Positions 8,905 through 18,761 of a stretch of 64,000 bases of DNA are shown here, in pieces (within the stretch, counting starts at the first letter, position 1; every line of letters starts with the position of its first letter). The notes beneath the pieces are model-generated. The model did not search any database, was not told the origin of the DNA, and saw nothing but the letters and a program-made list of their open reading frames with translations. A program made the translations under genes and the position numbers. This DNA is from an uncultured Acidobacteriota bacterium (GTDB taxonomy: Bacteria; Acidobacteriota; Thermoanaerobaculia; Gp7-AA8), in NCBI GenBank assembly GCA_963822445.1, contig CAWGHO010000002.1:832001-896000 (forward strand), read 5' to 3'.

Positions 8905-11900
8905 ATGGCGAACTTGCCTGATGGCCTCTACGACCTGCTCATCACGCGTGCGGTTGAGCGTGAGTTGCAGCACATCGATTCGTCACGCCGGTTTGCGGAT
9001 GAACAACTCGATCCGGCGGAAGCTCACCTTCCTCTGGCCAGGCACATCGCGGCGATCGTGAAGACAGCATTGCGCGGAGTCCCCGATGAGGAACGCGCGG
9101 TCCGCCAGACTGAGATCTGCAACGAGATCGTTCGCACGCTGACCGCGGCCTTACCGAACGAAGTGGATGAAGGCGATCTCGTCGCCGAACCGCCGCGGAA
9201 ACTTGCGGCGATCTATCCATTCGACCCGCTCCGCGAAGCGCGACCTCCGGCGCCGGAGATTCCGCTGGGGCAGAGCGATCTCCTGGTCAATGCGCGCGAC
9301 GAGCCGCGCATCGGAGCGGTACTGGAACGGGAGATCGAATCAGCAGATCGCATCGACCTGATCATCGCCTTCATCCGCTGGAGCGGCCTCCGCCTGATTG
9401 AGCCGAAGCTGCGCGCGTTCGTCGGCCGCGGCGGCCGGCTGCGCGTGATCACCACGACGTACACAGGTTCGACCGAGCGGCTGGCCATCGAGCATCTGAT
9501 TGCGCTGGGTGCCGAGGTGAAGGTCTCGTACCAGACCGACATGACCCGGCTCCACGCAAAGGCGTGGCTCTTTCACCGTGAATCCGGCTTCTCCACAGTC
9601 TTCATCGGCTCGTCGAATCTCTCCACCTCGGCAATGCGCGACGGCCTCGAGTGGAACGTGCGGCTATCGCAGGTCGATGCGCCGACGATCGTCGAGAAGT
9701 TTAGCGCTACGTTCGATTCGTACTGGGAGCATCCCGACTTCGAGAGCTGGGTGCCCGGCCGCGATGAAGAACGGTTTGACCGCGCCGTAGCTTCTGCTGC
9801 GAGCGATCAACCGAAAGTCACGTTCTTCGGGATCGAGGTCGAGCCGTGGCCCTACCAGAAGGAGATGCTCGAACAGCTCACTGTCGAGCGTTATCGGCAC
9901 AACCGATGGCAGAACCTTGTCGTCGCCGCCACTGGTACCGGCAAGACTGTCGTCGCCGCGCTCGATTACAGGAGACTAAATGACCGGGACGAGCCGCTAC
10001 CGTGGAGTGTGCGACGGCCCTTGTCACTCCTTTTCATCGCCCACCGAAAGGAGATCCTGCAGCAGTCGCTGGATACATTCCGGGCGGTGATGCGCGACGG
10101 CTCTTTCGGCGAGTTGTACGTCGACGGTAGTCGGCCTAGCGAATGGCAGCATGTGTTCGCGTCGATCCAGTCGCTGAATACTCTCGACGTCGCCGCGATC
10201 GATCCTCAGAAGTTCGACGTCGTGATTGTCGATGAGTTCCACCACGCCGCTGCGCCTACTTACGACAAGCTACTCAAGCATCTCAAGCCGAAGATCCTCC
10301 TCGGACTGACAGCGACTCCCGAGCGCACGGACGGCGAACCAATCCTGCAGTGGTTCGGCGGCCGGATCGCGGTCGAGTTGCGTTTATGGGATGCGCTCGA
10401 TCGGGGATTGCTGTCACCGTTTCACTACTTCGGCGTGCATGACAACGTCGACTTATCGCAAGTTACCTGGCGACGCGGGCGTTACGACGACAGAGAGCTG
10501 GAGAACGTTTACACCGGAAACGATGCGCGGGTCGGACAGATCCTCACCCAGCTGCAGCAAAAGGTCGGCAACCTCGGCGGCATGCGCGCTCTCGGCTTCT
10601 GCGTCGGGGTGCACCACGCGGAGTTCATGGCCCGGCGTTTTCGTGACGCAGGCATCGCCGCCGAGGCTGTGCTGGGAACCACGGACAGCGCCGCACGCGA
10701 TCAAGCTTTGCACAAGCTGAAGCACGGCGAGATTCAGTGCCTGTTCGCTGTCGACATCTTTAACGAAGGCGTGGACGTCCCGCAGGTGGACACGGTGATG
10801 TTTCTCCGGCCTACGGAGAGCGCGCTGATCTTCCTGCAGCAGCTCGGCCGCGGCCTTCGCCGCGCGCGCGACAAGCAATGCTTGACCGTGCTCGACTTCA
10901 TCGGCAATGCCCATCGCAACTTCCGCTTCGATCTCCGCTTTCGCGCTCTGACGGGGGCAACTCGCTCCGAGATGGAAGAGCAGGTTACCGGCGGATTTCC
11001 CTACCTGCCGGCGGGCTGTTCGATTCAGTTGGACCGAGAAGCCGGCAAAATCGTACTGGACAATCTAAAACAGTCGATCGGCGCAACCTTCAAGAGCCTC
11101 GTAAACGAGCTGCGGAGCATGCAGCCGCCTGTCACGCTCGCCGAATTTTTAGGTGACGCGGCAATCGAGCCGGAGGAACTTTATCGTAGCCGCGGCTGGT
11201 CATGGACTCGACTAAAGCGCGAGGCTGGACACAACCTAACCTCAGCAATTCGTGTTGCAGACAAAACGGCATCCGTAGGTTCTTCGGACGAGGAGAAACT
11301 GCTGAACTCACTGAGCCGCGTTCTGCACATCGATGATGAACGACGACTAAAGTTCCTGCGGCAGGTCGTCTCGCGCGACCAGATCGATGTTGAGTCGATC
11401 GCACCCGCCGCTCGCCGCATCCTCGACGGCTTCATGATGACCTTGTGGGGAAATGAGGAGCGCGACATCTCCTCGGCTGTTGATCGCGTACTTCGCCAGA
11501 GTGACGTGCGTTCGGAACTACGTGAACTGCTGCAACTCCTCGACGATAGAGCCGGCCACCGTACCTTTCCATTAATCGATGAACTCCCGTCTCCAGCGAA
11601 GGCGATCTTTACGGACGTTCCGTTGGAAGTGCACGCGCGTTACAGCCGAGACGAGATCCTCGCCGCGATTGGACGCGTAAAGTTCGGCGACTCGTTCAGT
11701 TCACGTGAAGGAGTGCTCTGGCATCCAGCTACGAAGACAGACTACTTCTTCGTGACTCTGCAGAAGAGTGAGAAGCATTACTCGCCCTCGACACGCTACC
11801 GCGACTACGCGATCTCGCCTGACCTTTTCCACTGGGAATCGCAGTCGCAGACACCCGAAAAGAGCGCCACCGGCCAGCGATACATCCACCACACGAAGGG

Positions 11901-12090
11901 CGAAACGAATGTGATGCTCTTCGTCCGTCCGTCTAACAAGGATGGCTACGGCCGTACACCAGCCTTTACGTTCTTAGGCCCGGCCACCTATCAGAGTCAT
12001 ATCGGTGAGCGGCCGATGGCCATCGTCTGGAAGCTGCATCGTCCGATGCCGTTGGACATCTTCAGCCTGGCCCGGGTTGCGGCGGGTTAA
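8905..12090 (+). CDS. PLD nuclease-SF2 helicase-DUF3427 fusion (restriction-like defence protein)
   Basis: LHAKAW...GSSNLS (PLD), ATGTGKT, DEFHH, LGLTATPER, QQLGRGLR, C-terminal YRDYAISPDLFHWESQS. Confidence 0.88.
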   Translation: MANLPDGLYDLLITRAVERELQHIDSSRRFADEQLDPAEAHLPLARHIAAIVKTALRGVPDEERAVRQTEICNEIVRTLTAALPNEVDEGDLVAEPPRKLAAIYPFDPLREARPPAPEIPLGQSDLLVNARDEPRIGAVLEREIESADRIDLIIAFIRWSGLRLIEPKLRAFVGRGGRLRVITTTYTGSTERLAIEHLIALGAEVKVSYQTDMTRLHAKAWLFHRESGFSTVFIGSSNLSTSAMRDGLEWNVRLSQVDAPTIVEKFSATFDSYWEHPDFESWVPGRDEERFDRAVASAASDQPKVTFFGIEVEPWPYQKEMLEQLTVERYRHNRWQNLVVAATGTGKTVVAALDYRRLNDRDEPLPWSVRRPLSLLFIAHRKEILQQSLDTFRAVMRDGSFGELYVDGSRPSEWQHVFASIQSLNTLDVAAIDPQKFDVVIVDEFHHAAAPTYDKLLKHLKPKILLGLTATPERTDGEPILQWFGGRIAVELRLWDALDRGLLSPFHYFGVHDNVDLSQVTWRRGRYDDRELENVYTGNDARVGQILTQLQQKVGNLGGMRALGFCVGVHHAEFMARRFRDAGIAAEAVLGTTDSAARDQALHKLKHGEIQCLFAVDIFNEGVDVPQVDTVMFLRPTESALIFLQQLGRGLRRARDKQCLTVLDFIGNAHRNFRFDLRFRALTGATRSEMEEQVTGGFPYLPAGCSIQLDREAGKIVLDNLKQSIGATFKSLVNELRSMQPPVTLAEFLGDAAIEPEELYRSRGWSWTRLKREAGHNLTSAIRVADKTASVGSSDEEKLLNSLSRVLHIDDERRLKFLRQVVSRDQIDVESIAPAARRILDGFMMTLWGNEERDISSAVDRVLRQSDVRSELRELLQLLDDRAGHRTFPLIDELPSPAKAIFTDVPLEVHARYSRDEILAAIGRVKFGDSFSSREGVLWHPATKTDYFFVTLQKSEKHYSPSTRYRDYAISPDLFHWESQSQTPEKSATGQRYIHHTKGETNVMLFVRPSNKDGYGRTPAFTFLGPATYQSHIGERPMAIVWKLHRPMPLDIFSLARVAAG

Positions 12091-12107
12091 CCCGCGATCG
12101 AAACACC

Positions 12108-12131
12108 AGGGGCGGCCTTTCGGCCGCCCCT
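12108..12131 (-). terminator. Hairpin between convergent helicase and nrdJ genes
   Basis: AGGGGCGGCC-GAAA-GGCCGCCCCT then GGTGTTT on the minus strand. Confidence 0.65.
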
Positions 12132-12187
12132 TCCAAAGAACCATCACGGGTGCAGATTGCGACGGGACTACGCCATGCGTCGCGCTA

Positions 12188-15075
12188 CTACGAGCACCCA
12201 CTCGTCGAGCCGCAGTTGAGGCATTTGTAGCAGGCGCCGTTGCGGACCATGATCTCGCCGCAATCCGAGCAGCTGGGCGCGTCCTGCTGGTAGAGGAACG
12301 TTCCCTTCGGCGACGCGTTCACTCCATCGGCGTTTTTCGCGGGCATTACGAAGCCGACGATCTTCGACGTGTCCGAAGCCACCGGCGCGGGGGTGGCGGT
12401 GGAGACGGCGTCGATGAAGGCCACGTCGGACGCGGTCGGCGTGGTCACGTTCGACGCGGGACGGGCGGGCGCGGGCGTGGTGTCTTCGCGCAGGATCACA
12501 CCGGCGTGCTGCTGGCTCTCGCGGTCCAGGAACTTGATCGCCAGCCACTTGAAGATGTAGTCCATGATCGACTTCGTCATCGGGATCTCGGGGTTCTTCG
12601 TGAATCCCGAGGGCTCGAAGCGCGTGTGGGTGAACTTGTCGACCAGCAGCTGCAGCGGCACGCCGTGCTGCAGCGCGAGTGACGTCATCGTGGCGAAGCT
12701 GTCCATCAGGCCGGAGATCGTCGAGCCTTCCTTGGCCATGGTGATGAAGATCTCGCCGGGGCTGCCGTCCTCGTACTTGCCGACGGTGATGTAGCCTTCG
12801 TGGCCGCCGATCGAGAACTTGTGCGTGATCGACTCCCGCTCATCGGGCAGCTTGCGGCGGACCGCCGTCGGAGTGATCCCCAGCGCCTCGAGCTGCTTCT
12901 TGTCCTGCGCAGTTGACAAGGGTTGTGACCGCTTGCAACCGTCGCGATACACGGCGACGGCCTTGAGACCGAGCTTCCAGGCCTCGTAATACGCGCCTTC
13001 GATCTCCTCGGCCGTCGCGTTGGTGGGCATGTTGATGGTCTTGGAGATCGCGCCGCTGATGAACGGCTGCACGGCGCCCATCATCTTCAGGTGTCCGAGG
13101 TAGTGAATCGAGCGCACGCCGTTGGCCGGCTTGAACGCGCAGTCGAACACCGACAGGTGCGCGTCCAGCAGATGCGGCGCGCCTTCGATGGTGTCGTTGT
13201 CGTTGATGTAGTCGACGATTTCCTTGACCTGCTTCGGATCGTAGCCGAGGCGCTTGAGCGCGGTCGGGACGGTGTTGTTGACGATCTTCAGCATCCCGCC
13301 GCCGACCAGCTTCTTGTACTTCACCAGAGCGATGTCGGGCTCGATGCCGGTCGTGTCGCAATCCATCATGAAGGCGATCGTGCCGGTCGGCGCGAGCACG
13401 GAGATCTGCGCGTTGCGGTAGCCGTGCTGCTGGCCGAGGGCGTAGGCCTCGTCCCAGACCTTGCAGGCCGCGTCAGCGAGATCGGCCGGCAGCGAGCGCA
13501 CGTCGAGGCGGTACGCGCTGCGGCGATGCTTGTCGATCACGCGCAGGAACGGCTCTTCATTGACCGCGTAGCCGGCGAACGGCCCGACCTTCGCCGCGAT
13601 GCGCGCCGACTGCGCGTACGACTCGCCGGAGAGAATCGAGGTGATCGCAGCGGCGTAATCGCGGCCGTCCTCGTGAGTCATACGCGACGCCGCGGGCCAT
13701 GAGCAGCGCGCCGAGGTTCGCGTAGCCGATGCCCAGCGGGCGGAAGGCGTGCGAGTTCTTCTCGATCGCCGGCGTCGGATAGGACGCGAAGTCGACGGTG
13801 ATCTCCTGCGCGGTGATGACCACCCGCAGCGCTGCGCGATAAGCCTCGACGTCGAAGCCTTCGGTCTCGCTGTAGAACTTCATCAGGTTGAGCGAGGCAA
13901 GATTGCAGGCGGAGTCATCGAGGAACATGTACTCCGAGCAGGGATTGGACGCGTTGATGCGAGCCGTGTTCGGGCACGGATGCCAGTCGTTGACGGTCGT
14001 GTCGAACTGCAGGCCGGGATCGCCGCACAGCCAGGCCGACTGGGCCATGCGCTTCATCAGATCGCGGGCCTTGTAGGTGTCCATGACCCGGTTCTTGTCG
14101 GTGACCGCGCGGGTGCTCCAGTCGCCGTCCTTCTCGTACGAGCGCATGAACTCGTCTGTCACGCGCACGGAGTGGTTGGCGTTCTGGAAATGCACGGAGT
14201 CGTACGCGCCGCCCGGGGCATTGAACGCGCCGTCGTATCCGGCGTCGATCAGGGCCCAGGCCTTCCGCTCTTCGGTTTCCTTCGACTGGATGAAGTCGAC
14301 GATGTCCGGGTGATCGGCGTTGAGGATGACCATCTTCGCGGCGCGGCGGGTCTTGCCGCCGGACTTGATCACGCCGGCGAAGGAGTCATAGCCGCGCATG
14401 AACGAGACCGGGCCGGACGCGGTGCCGCCGCCGGCCAGGAGCTCGCGCGAGCTGCGGATGCTGGAAAGGTTCGACCCCGTTCCCGACCCGTACTTGAACA
14501 GCATCCCCTCGGTCTTCGCCAGTCCGAGGATCGAGTCCATGGTGTCCTGCACGGAGTTGATGAAGCACGCCGAGCACTGCGGGCTTCTCTTCGATTCCGA
14601 CGTTGAACCAGACCGGCGAGTTGAAGGCCGCCATCTGGTAGAGAAGGATGTGGGTGAGCTCGTCGCGGAACGTATCGCCGTCCGCTTCGGTCGCGAAGTA
14701 GCCGCCTTCGCGGCCCCACTGGGTGATGGTGCGGACCACGCGGCCGATGAGCTGGCGGACGGAGGTCTCGCGCTCGGGCGTGTTCAGGTGGCCGCGGAAG
14801 TACTTCGAGACGACGACGTTGGTGGCCATCTGCGACCAGAACTTCGGCATCTCCACTTCCTTCTGCTCGAACACGGAGGTGCCGGTCTCGCTGCTGATGG
14901 CGGCGGTGCGGATCTCCCATTCGCAGGTGTCGTAAACGTCGACGCCGGCCCTGGTGAAATAGCGGTCGATCTCGATGCCGCCGGTCCTCGTCTCCTTCTT
15001 CGCCGCCTTGCTGGATTTACCACTCCCGGCGGGCGGAGACGTGCGTGAACGGACCGACAAATCGATGGAAGTCAT
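12188..15075 (-). CDS. nrdJ: Class II (adenosylcobalamin-dependent) ribonucleotide reductase; two single-base frameshifts near 14580 and 13675, probably sequencing errors
   Basis: FNSPVWFN, QCSACFI after frame correction, NPCSEY, LAPTGTI, GAISKTIN, YRDGCK, C-terminal TSCPD region and CxxC...CxxC Zn ribbon across three ORF pieces. Confidence 0.92.
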
Positions 15076-15106
15076 GGCCTTACTCTCCTTCTCACACTTG
15101 CTCTAG

Positions 15107-15166
15107 AAACAAAAAAGTAGAGGAGAGCAGTTCGATCGTTCTGAAGCGCGAACTTCCATCCCCTAC
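15107..15166 (-). terminator. Terminator-like hairpin with U tract inside the nrdJ leader
   Basis: Minus strand GTAGGGGA..AGTTCG...CGAACT..TCCTCTAC followed by TTTTTTGTTT, about 30 nt before the nrdJ start. Confidence 0.45.
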
Positions 15167-15210
15167 CTCCCCCGACACAGCCCGTCCGTTTCCGGGCGGG
15201 CGCTTTTGAC

Positions 15211-15363
15211 TCAGCGAAACGAAATACGAGACGACGCAGAAGAAGGCACCTGCGGCACCGAAGACCTGACCTTGACCGTCACCTGGTAATCACGGATCTG
15301 GATGGACACCGAGCGGACGGGGGAACGCGTTCCAGGACGAGTCTGATGCTTCAAATCCTTCAT
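15211..15363 (-). CDS. 50-aa ORF in the nrdJ leader
   Basis: MKDLKHQTRPGTRSPVRSVSIQIRDYQVTVKVRSSVPQVPSSASSRISFR; GAGGGAGG RBS just before ATG, directly downstream of a promoter. Confidence 0.5.
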   Translation of the reverse strand: MKDLKHQTRPGTRSPVRSVSIQIRDYQVTVKVRSSVPQVPSSASSRISFR

Positions 15364-15403
15364 GGTCCTCCCTCACTTCGCCGAGTTGTATTCGATGGCG
15401 ATC

Positions 15404-15432
15404 AACCTACGCCCGCTCCCTCGCGAAGTCAA
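15404..15432 (-). promoter_or_regulatory. Sigma70-type promoter for the leader ORF and nrdJ
   Basis: TTGACT-N17-TAGGTT on the minus strand. Confidence 0.7.
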
Positions 15433-15439
15433 GAGAGAC

Positions 15440-15457
15440 ACCACAAGATCTTGTGGT
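15440..15457. promoter_or_regulatory. NrdR box
   Basis: Perfect palindrome ACCACAAGATCTTGTGGT matching the acaCwAtATaTwGtgt consensus, next to the -35 of an RNR promoter; degenerate second copy near 15470-15485. Confidence 0.75.
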
Positions 15458-15588
15458 CCTCTGCACACGAAACACAACATAGTGCGTAACTATTCGTGTT
15501 TGCAGAAAGTTACGCGGCAGGGCCCGCTACTGTGCGGCAGCGCTTTTCCGCTACCCGTTCCACCTGATATCCGCGAGATTCCGACAGG

Positions 15589-15665
15589 TATTCCACAGGG
15601 TTTTGCACAGTGGGAGTTCGCGGAAATCCTCAATGTTTCGCGGCTTTCTCCACACGAATTGCACA
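15589..15665 (+). promoter_or_regulatory. Cluster of four DnaA-box-like nonamers
   Basis: TATTCCACA 15589, TTTTGCACA 15601, TTCTCCACA 15646, AATTGCACA 15657 versus TTWTNCACA. Confidence 0.45.
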
Positions 15666-15853
15666 GAGTTTTCGTACTGAATATCAGCGTTTCACGCCGT
15701 CATGATTTTCAGCAGCTTTTTCGGAGGAAATAGCGGACTCGGCCGGTGCGCAAAAGGGCGAAAAGCAAGCGGAATCCAATTTCTGCGGAAATCCGTCGTT
15801 GCCGCTCGTCCGACTACCAGCCGTAGTGGTCCGGGAGCCGACTGCACACAGGA

Positions 15854-15869
15854 TGTGGCACGTGGAACA
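15854..15869. other. parS-like site
   Basis: TGTGGCACGTGGAACA, two mismatches from the palindrome TGTTCCACGTGGAACA. Confidence 0.4.
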
Positions 15870-15877
15870 ATTTCCCC

Positions 15878-16834
15878 TCAGTAATCGCCGGTCGCGCCGG
15901 CGCCGCCGAATCCGCCCTCACCTTGCGGGCGGACCTCCGGTGGATTTCCTGCGGAGTGAGGCGGGGCGATGGCGACCGTGGCCAGGGTCTCGAGGTCATC
16001 GTCGAAGGCCGTGAGCTTTGCCGGCGTGACGACGAAGCCGGTCGTGCGGCCGCGGAGGAGGCGGGAGGTGGCGAGGGAGGCGACGAGGAGAACGGCGCCG
16101 CTGATCGCCGAAACGGCTTCCTCTGAGATCCCGAACCGCGAGTGGACCGTTCCCACGGCGACGATCGCCGCCGCGGCCGCGCCGGCAAACATCGCGTGAT
16201 GCCGTTTCCGTAAGGCGCACGCGAAGGAGATTGCCGCAAACCCACCGGCCAGGGCGATGGTGAGCAACGCCCAGCGTCGATCGGCGTGCGCCTGCGCCGC
16301 GAAAGGCATGGTCACCAGGAGAATGATGAAGAGCCATTCCGTCGACGGTCGCCTCCACGTCCTGTGGAGGGCGATCAGGGCAAACGTGGCGATGAGCATC
16401 GCGGCAATCGTTCCGAGGTCGGCCTTCACCTCGAGGTAGTACGTCACGAAGAACGCGGCCAGCGCGCCGAAAAGTGGATTGCGGACGCGAAAGCCGGCGA
16501 TCCCCGCGGCCGCGGCGATCAGCAGATTCGCCTCGGGCGCACCGGTGTTTGGCAACGCCGCGAGCGCGCTGAACAAACCGCCGATCCAGAGCGCCGCTTC
16601 GACTCCGGTTCCGAACCACCGGCGCCCGTGAATCAGAAACTCCGCCAGCACGATGCAGAGCACCGCCGTGAGCAGTTCCTGTTTGGTGAGCGTGTAGAAC
16701 GCGGCGATGCCGGCAACGGTCAGCAGGAAGAAGACGATCTGGCCGAGAAGTCCGTAGCCGTGCCATGGTTGGGGAAGATTCGCTTCCGGCCAACGATGAT
16801 TGATCACGCGCGCGCGCTCTTGATCCGCCGTCAT
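15878..16834 (-). CDS. Polytopic membrane protein, partner of the DUF2157 gene
   Basis: Many TM segments, GVEAAL motif, C-terminal GGFGGAGATGDY; 4-nt overlap with the upstream gene. Confidence 0.75.
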   Translation of the reverse strand: MTADQERARVINHRWPEANLPQPWHGYGLLGQIVFFLLTVAGIAAFYTLTKQELLTAVLCIVLAEFLIHGRRWFGTGVEAALWIGGLFSALAALPNTGAPEANLLIAAAAGIAGFRVRNPLFGALAAFFVTYYLEVKADLGTIAAMLIATFALIALHRTWRRPSTEWLFIILLVTMPFAAQAHADRRWALLTIALAGGFAAISFACALRKRHHAMFAGAAAAAIVAVGTVHSRFGISEEAVSAISGAVLLVASLATSRLLRGRTTGFVVTPAKLTAFDDDLETLATVAIAPPHSAGNPPEVRPQGEGGFGGAGATGDY

Positions 16835-17748
16835 TGCGCTCCCCTCTTGAAACGGCGGTGAATGAGGACGAGCACTGGAATCGCGATGAGCATCCCGGCC
16901 AGCAGCGCCAGCTCCTCATCGACGACCGTCATGGCGTAACCGACATCGGCGATGACCGCGTAGACGAACGCGTAGAGCACGAATGCCTCGACCCGCGTCC
17001 GGAAGCCCCAGAGCATGACCAGCACGGCGATGGTCGTGGTGATGAGCGCGGCCATCGGCGGCGTGCCGTCGAGAAGCAACAGGCCGCCCCAGAGCGCGAG
17101 ATTAGCCGCGAAGTGTTCGAAGACGCGAGGGAAGGTGTCCGGTGTGGTGTAGGCCTCCGGCCTGCCTTTGGGTGGGGGAATGCGGACATGAATCGCGCGC
17201 CACACCAACACCACCGCCGCACATGCGAACGCGCGCACAGCCAACTCGATCCCGAAGTTCGCCTGCCGCTCGATCCCCATCCACGCCGCGAGTGCCGCAA
17301 TCGAAAGCGACAGCACGAGCCGCGAATCGAAGCGGTACGCCGTCACGCCGTGGACGATCGCCAGCAACAGGAAATGCCGCGCGCCGTGAGCACCGAAGAC
17401 GTCGAACTGCTGTTCGATGAAGCCGACGTCCGCGGAAAGCAACAGCGCTCCGAGAAGCAGGACGTACTCGTTGACCACGCCTTTGCCGCCGCGCCGCGCC
17501 CAGATGTAGCAGGCCAGCGCCATCGCGCCGAGGATCGCGGCCAGGAACACGCGATCGAAGAGGTCGAAGTTGTTCTTCACGAACAACCCCACCGCGGTCG
17601 CGATGAGCAGCGCCCCGGCCCACGCCGAGAGCCGCACCTCGGGATAAACGGAGAAGACCTCGCGGCGCTCGCGCGCGATCAGCGCGTCAGTCGTGCGATC
17701 GCCGAGCTGGGGGCGGAGGCGTTCGAGCTCCGGTTCGAAGGAAAGCAA
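16831..17748 (-). CDS. DUF2157-domain membrane protein
   Basis: E.R.VFSVYPEVRL..WAGALLIATAVG motif and multiple TMs; TTG start just after the ubiA stop. Confidence 0.7.
   Translation of the reverse strand: MLSFEPELERLRPQLGDRTTDALIARERREVFSVYPEVRLSAWAGALLIATAVGLFVKNNFDLFDRVFLAAILGAMALACYIWARRGGKGVVNEYVLLLGALLLSADVGFIEQQFDVFGAHGARHFLLLAIVHGVTAYRFDSRLVLSLSIAALAAWMGIERQANFGIELAVRAFACAAVVLVWRAIHVRIPPPKGRPEAYTTPDTFPRVFEHFAANLALWGGLLLLDGTPPMAALITTTIAVLVMLWGFRTRVEAFVLYAFVYAVIADVGYAMTVVDEELALLAGMLIAIPVLVLIHRRFKRGAQ
17142..17166. repeat. REP-like copy embedded in frame in the DUF2157 gene
   Basis: GTGTGGTGTAGGCCTCCGGCCTGCC, similar to the reverse complement of the 32772 and 38138 copies. Confidence 0.55.
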
Positions 17749-17750
17749 CG

Positions 17751-18704
17751 TCAGACAAGATACGCTGCCGCGAACCCGACCTGCGCGGCCATCATCATCA
17801 GATACATGTGCCGCCACGACGGATGGTTCTCCGTCGCGGTCAGCTCGTCCGGATTCCGCACGATCAACCACACCGTGTACGCGCCCCACAGCGCGAGCGC
17901 GATTCCGAGAACGCTCAGGAACGTCGGATTGCCGGTGAGGATGCGCAGGTGCACGCCCACCGGCATCAGCAGCCAGGGCAGCACGAAGAACGGCGCGATC
18001 ATCCAGGCCGCGCGGCGCACGCCGAACGCGATCGGCAACGTGCGGCAACCGCCGGCGCGATCGCCTTCCATGTCGCTGAAGTCCTTCGTCGATGCCGCGC
18101 CGAGGAGAAAGATCATGAAGATCAGGCCGATGAACCAGGGCTCGGAGTGGTAGGCGCGGGCGACCATCGTCCAGCCGGCCACTTTCAGAAGCATGCCTCG
18201 GGGGATGGCGATGGTGAGATTCGCGCCGATGGGGTGCGCCTTCGTGCGGCCGAACGCGGGCACCGAGTAGACGAACGTCGAGACGAGCGCGATCAGGTAG
18301 ATGAAAAAGCACTCGTGCCATGACAGCGGCGCGAAGAGCTTCTGCGTGAACGTGTTGTACGGATGGACGACCACCAGCCACGTGGGGATCGTACCGAGCG
18401 CGTACATGATCCAGGTGAAGACCCACGCTTCGCGGATCGAGACTGCGCCGGTAACGAGAGGCCGGTTCGGCTTGTTGATCCGATCGATCTCCAGGTCGTA
18501 AATCTGATTGAGGGTGTTGTTTGCCGCGTTGAGGAAGGACGCGCAGAGTGACCCCAGCGTGACGGTCAGAATCACCGACAGGGTCAGCGTTCGCGAGGGA
18601 TCGGGATTGTGCGCGGAGCCCCAGGCGCAGATCGCCCCGGAGACGATGCCGAGGAGCGGCGGGAGGAGGGTGAAGGGTCGGGCGAGCGTGAGGTAGCGGG
18701 TCAC
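17751..18704 (-). CDS. UbiA-superfamily prenyltransferase
   Basis: NQIYDLEIDRINKPNRPL and KDFSDMEGD Asp-rich motifs, multiple TMs. Confidence 0.88.
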   Translation of the reverse strand: MTRYLTLARPFTLLPPLLGIVSGAICAWGSAHNPDPSRTLTLSVILTVTLGSLCASFLNAANNTLNQIYDLEIDRINKPNRPLVTGAVSIREAWVFTWIMYALGTIPTWLVVVHPYNTFTQKLFAPLSWHECFFIYLIALVSTFVYSVPAFGRTKAHPIGANLTIAIPRGMLLKVAGWTMVARAYHSEPWFIGLIFMIFLLGAASTKDFSDMEGDRAGGCRTLPIAFGVRRAAWMIAPFFVLPWLLMPVGVHLRILTGNPTFLSVLGIALALWGAYTVWLIVRNPDELTATENHPSWRHMYLMMMAAQVGFAAAYLV

Positions 18705-18761
18705 TGGCGTTTCCAGTCTAGCGGACCGATCATGTTGCTTACTCAATCAGGAGGCTTCTGC

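Noticed and set aside
12188-15075. Split, intein-containing or programmed-frameshift nrdJ
   Set aside because: Removing one base at each break restores continuous RNR sequence (EKPQCSAC, YDSEDGRDY); no slippery site or insertion
15076-15440. Cobalamin riboswitch upstream of nrdJ
   Set aside because: Could not find the GGGAA / GCCCCCGCxACTGT / B12-box elements by eye
15362-15733. 123-aa plus-strand ORF in the nrdJ upstream region
   Set aside because: Atypical codon usage, overlaps promoter and operator motifs, no recognisable domain
16831-18426. 531-aa ORF as a single protein
   Set aside because: The N-terminal part is an alternative frame of the ubiA gene; the real gene starts near 17748
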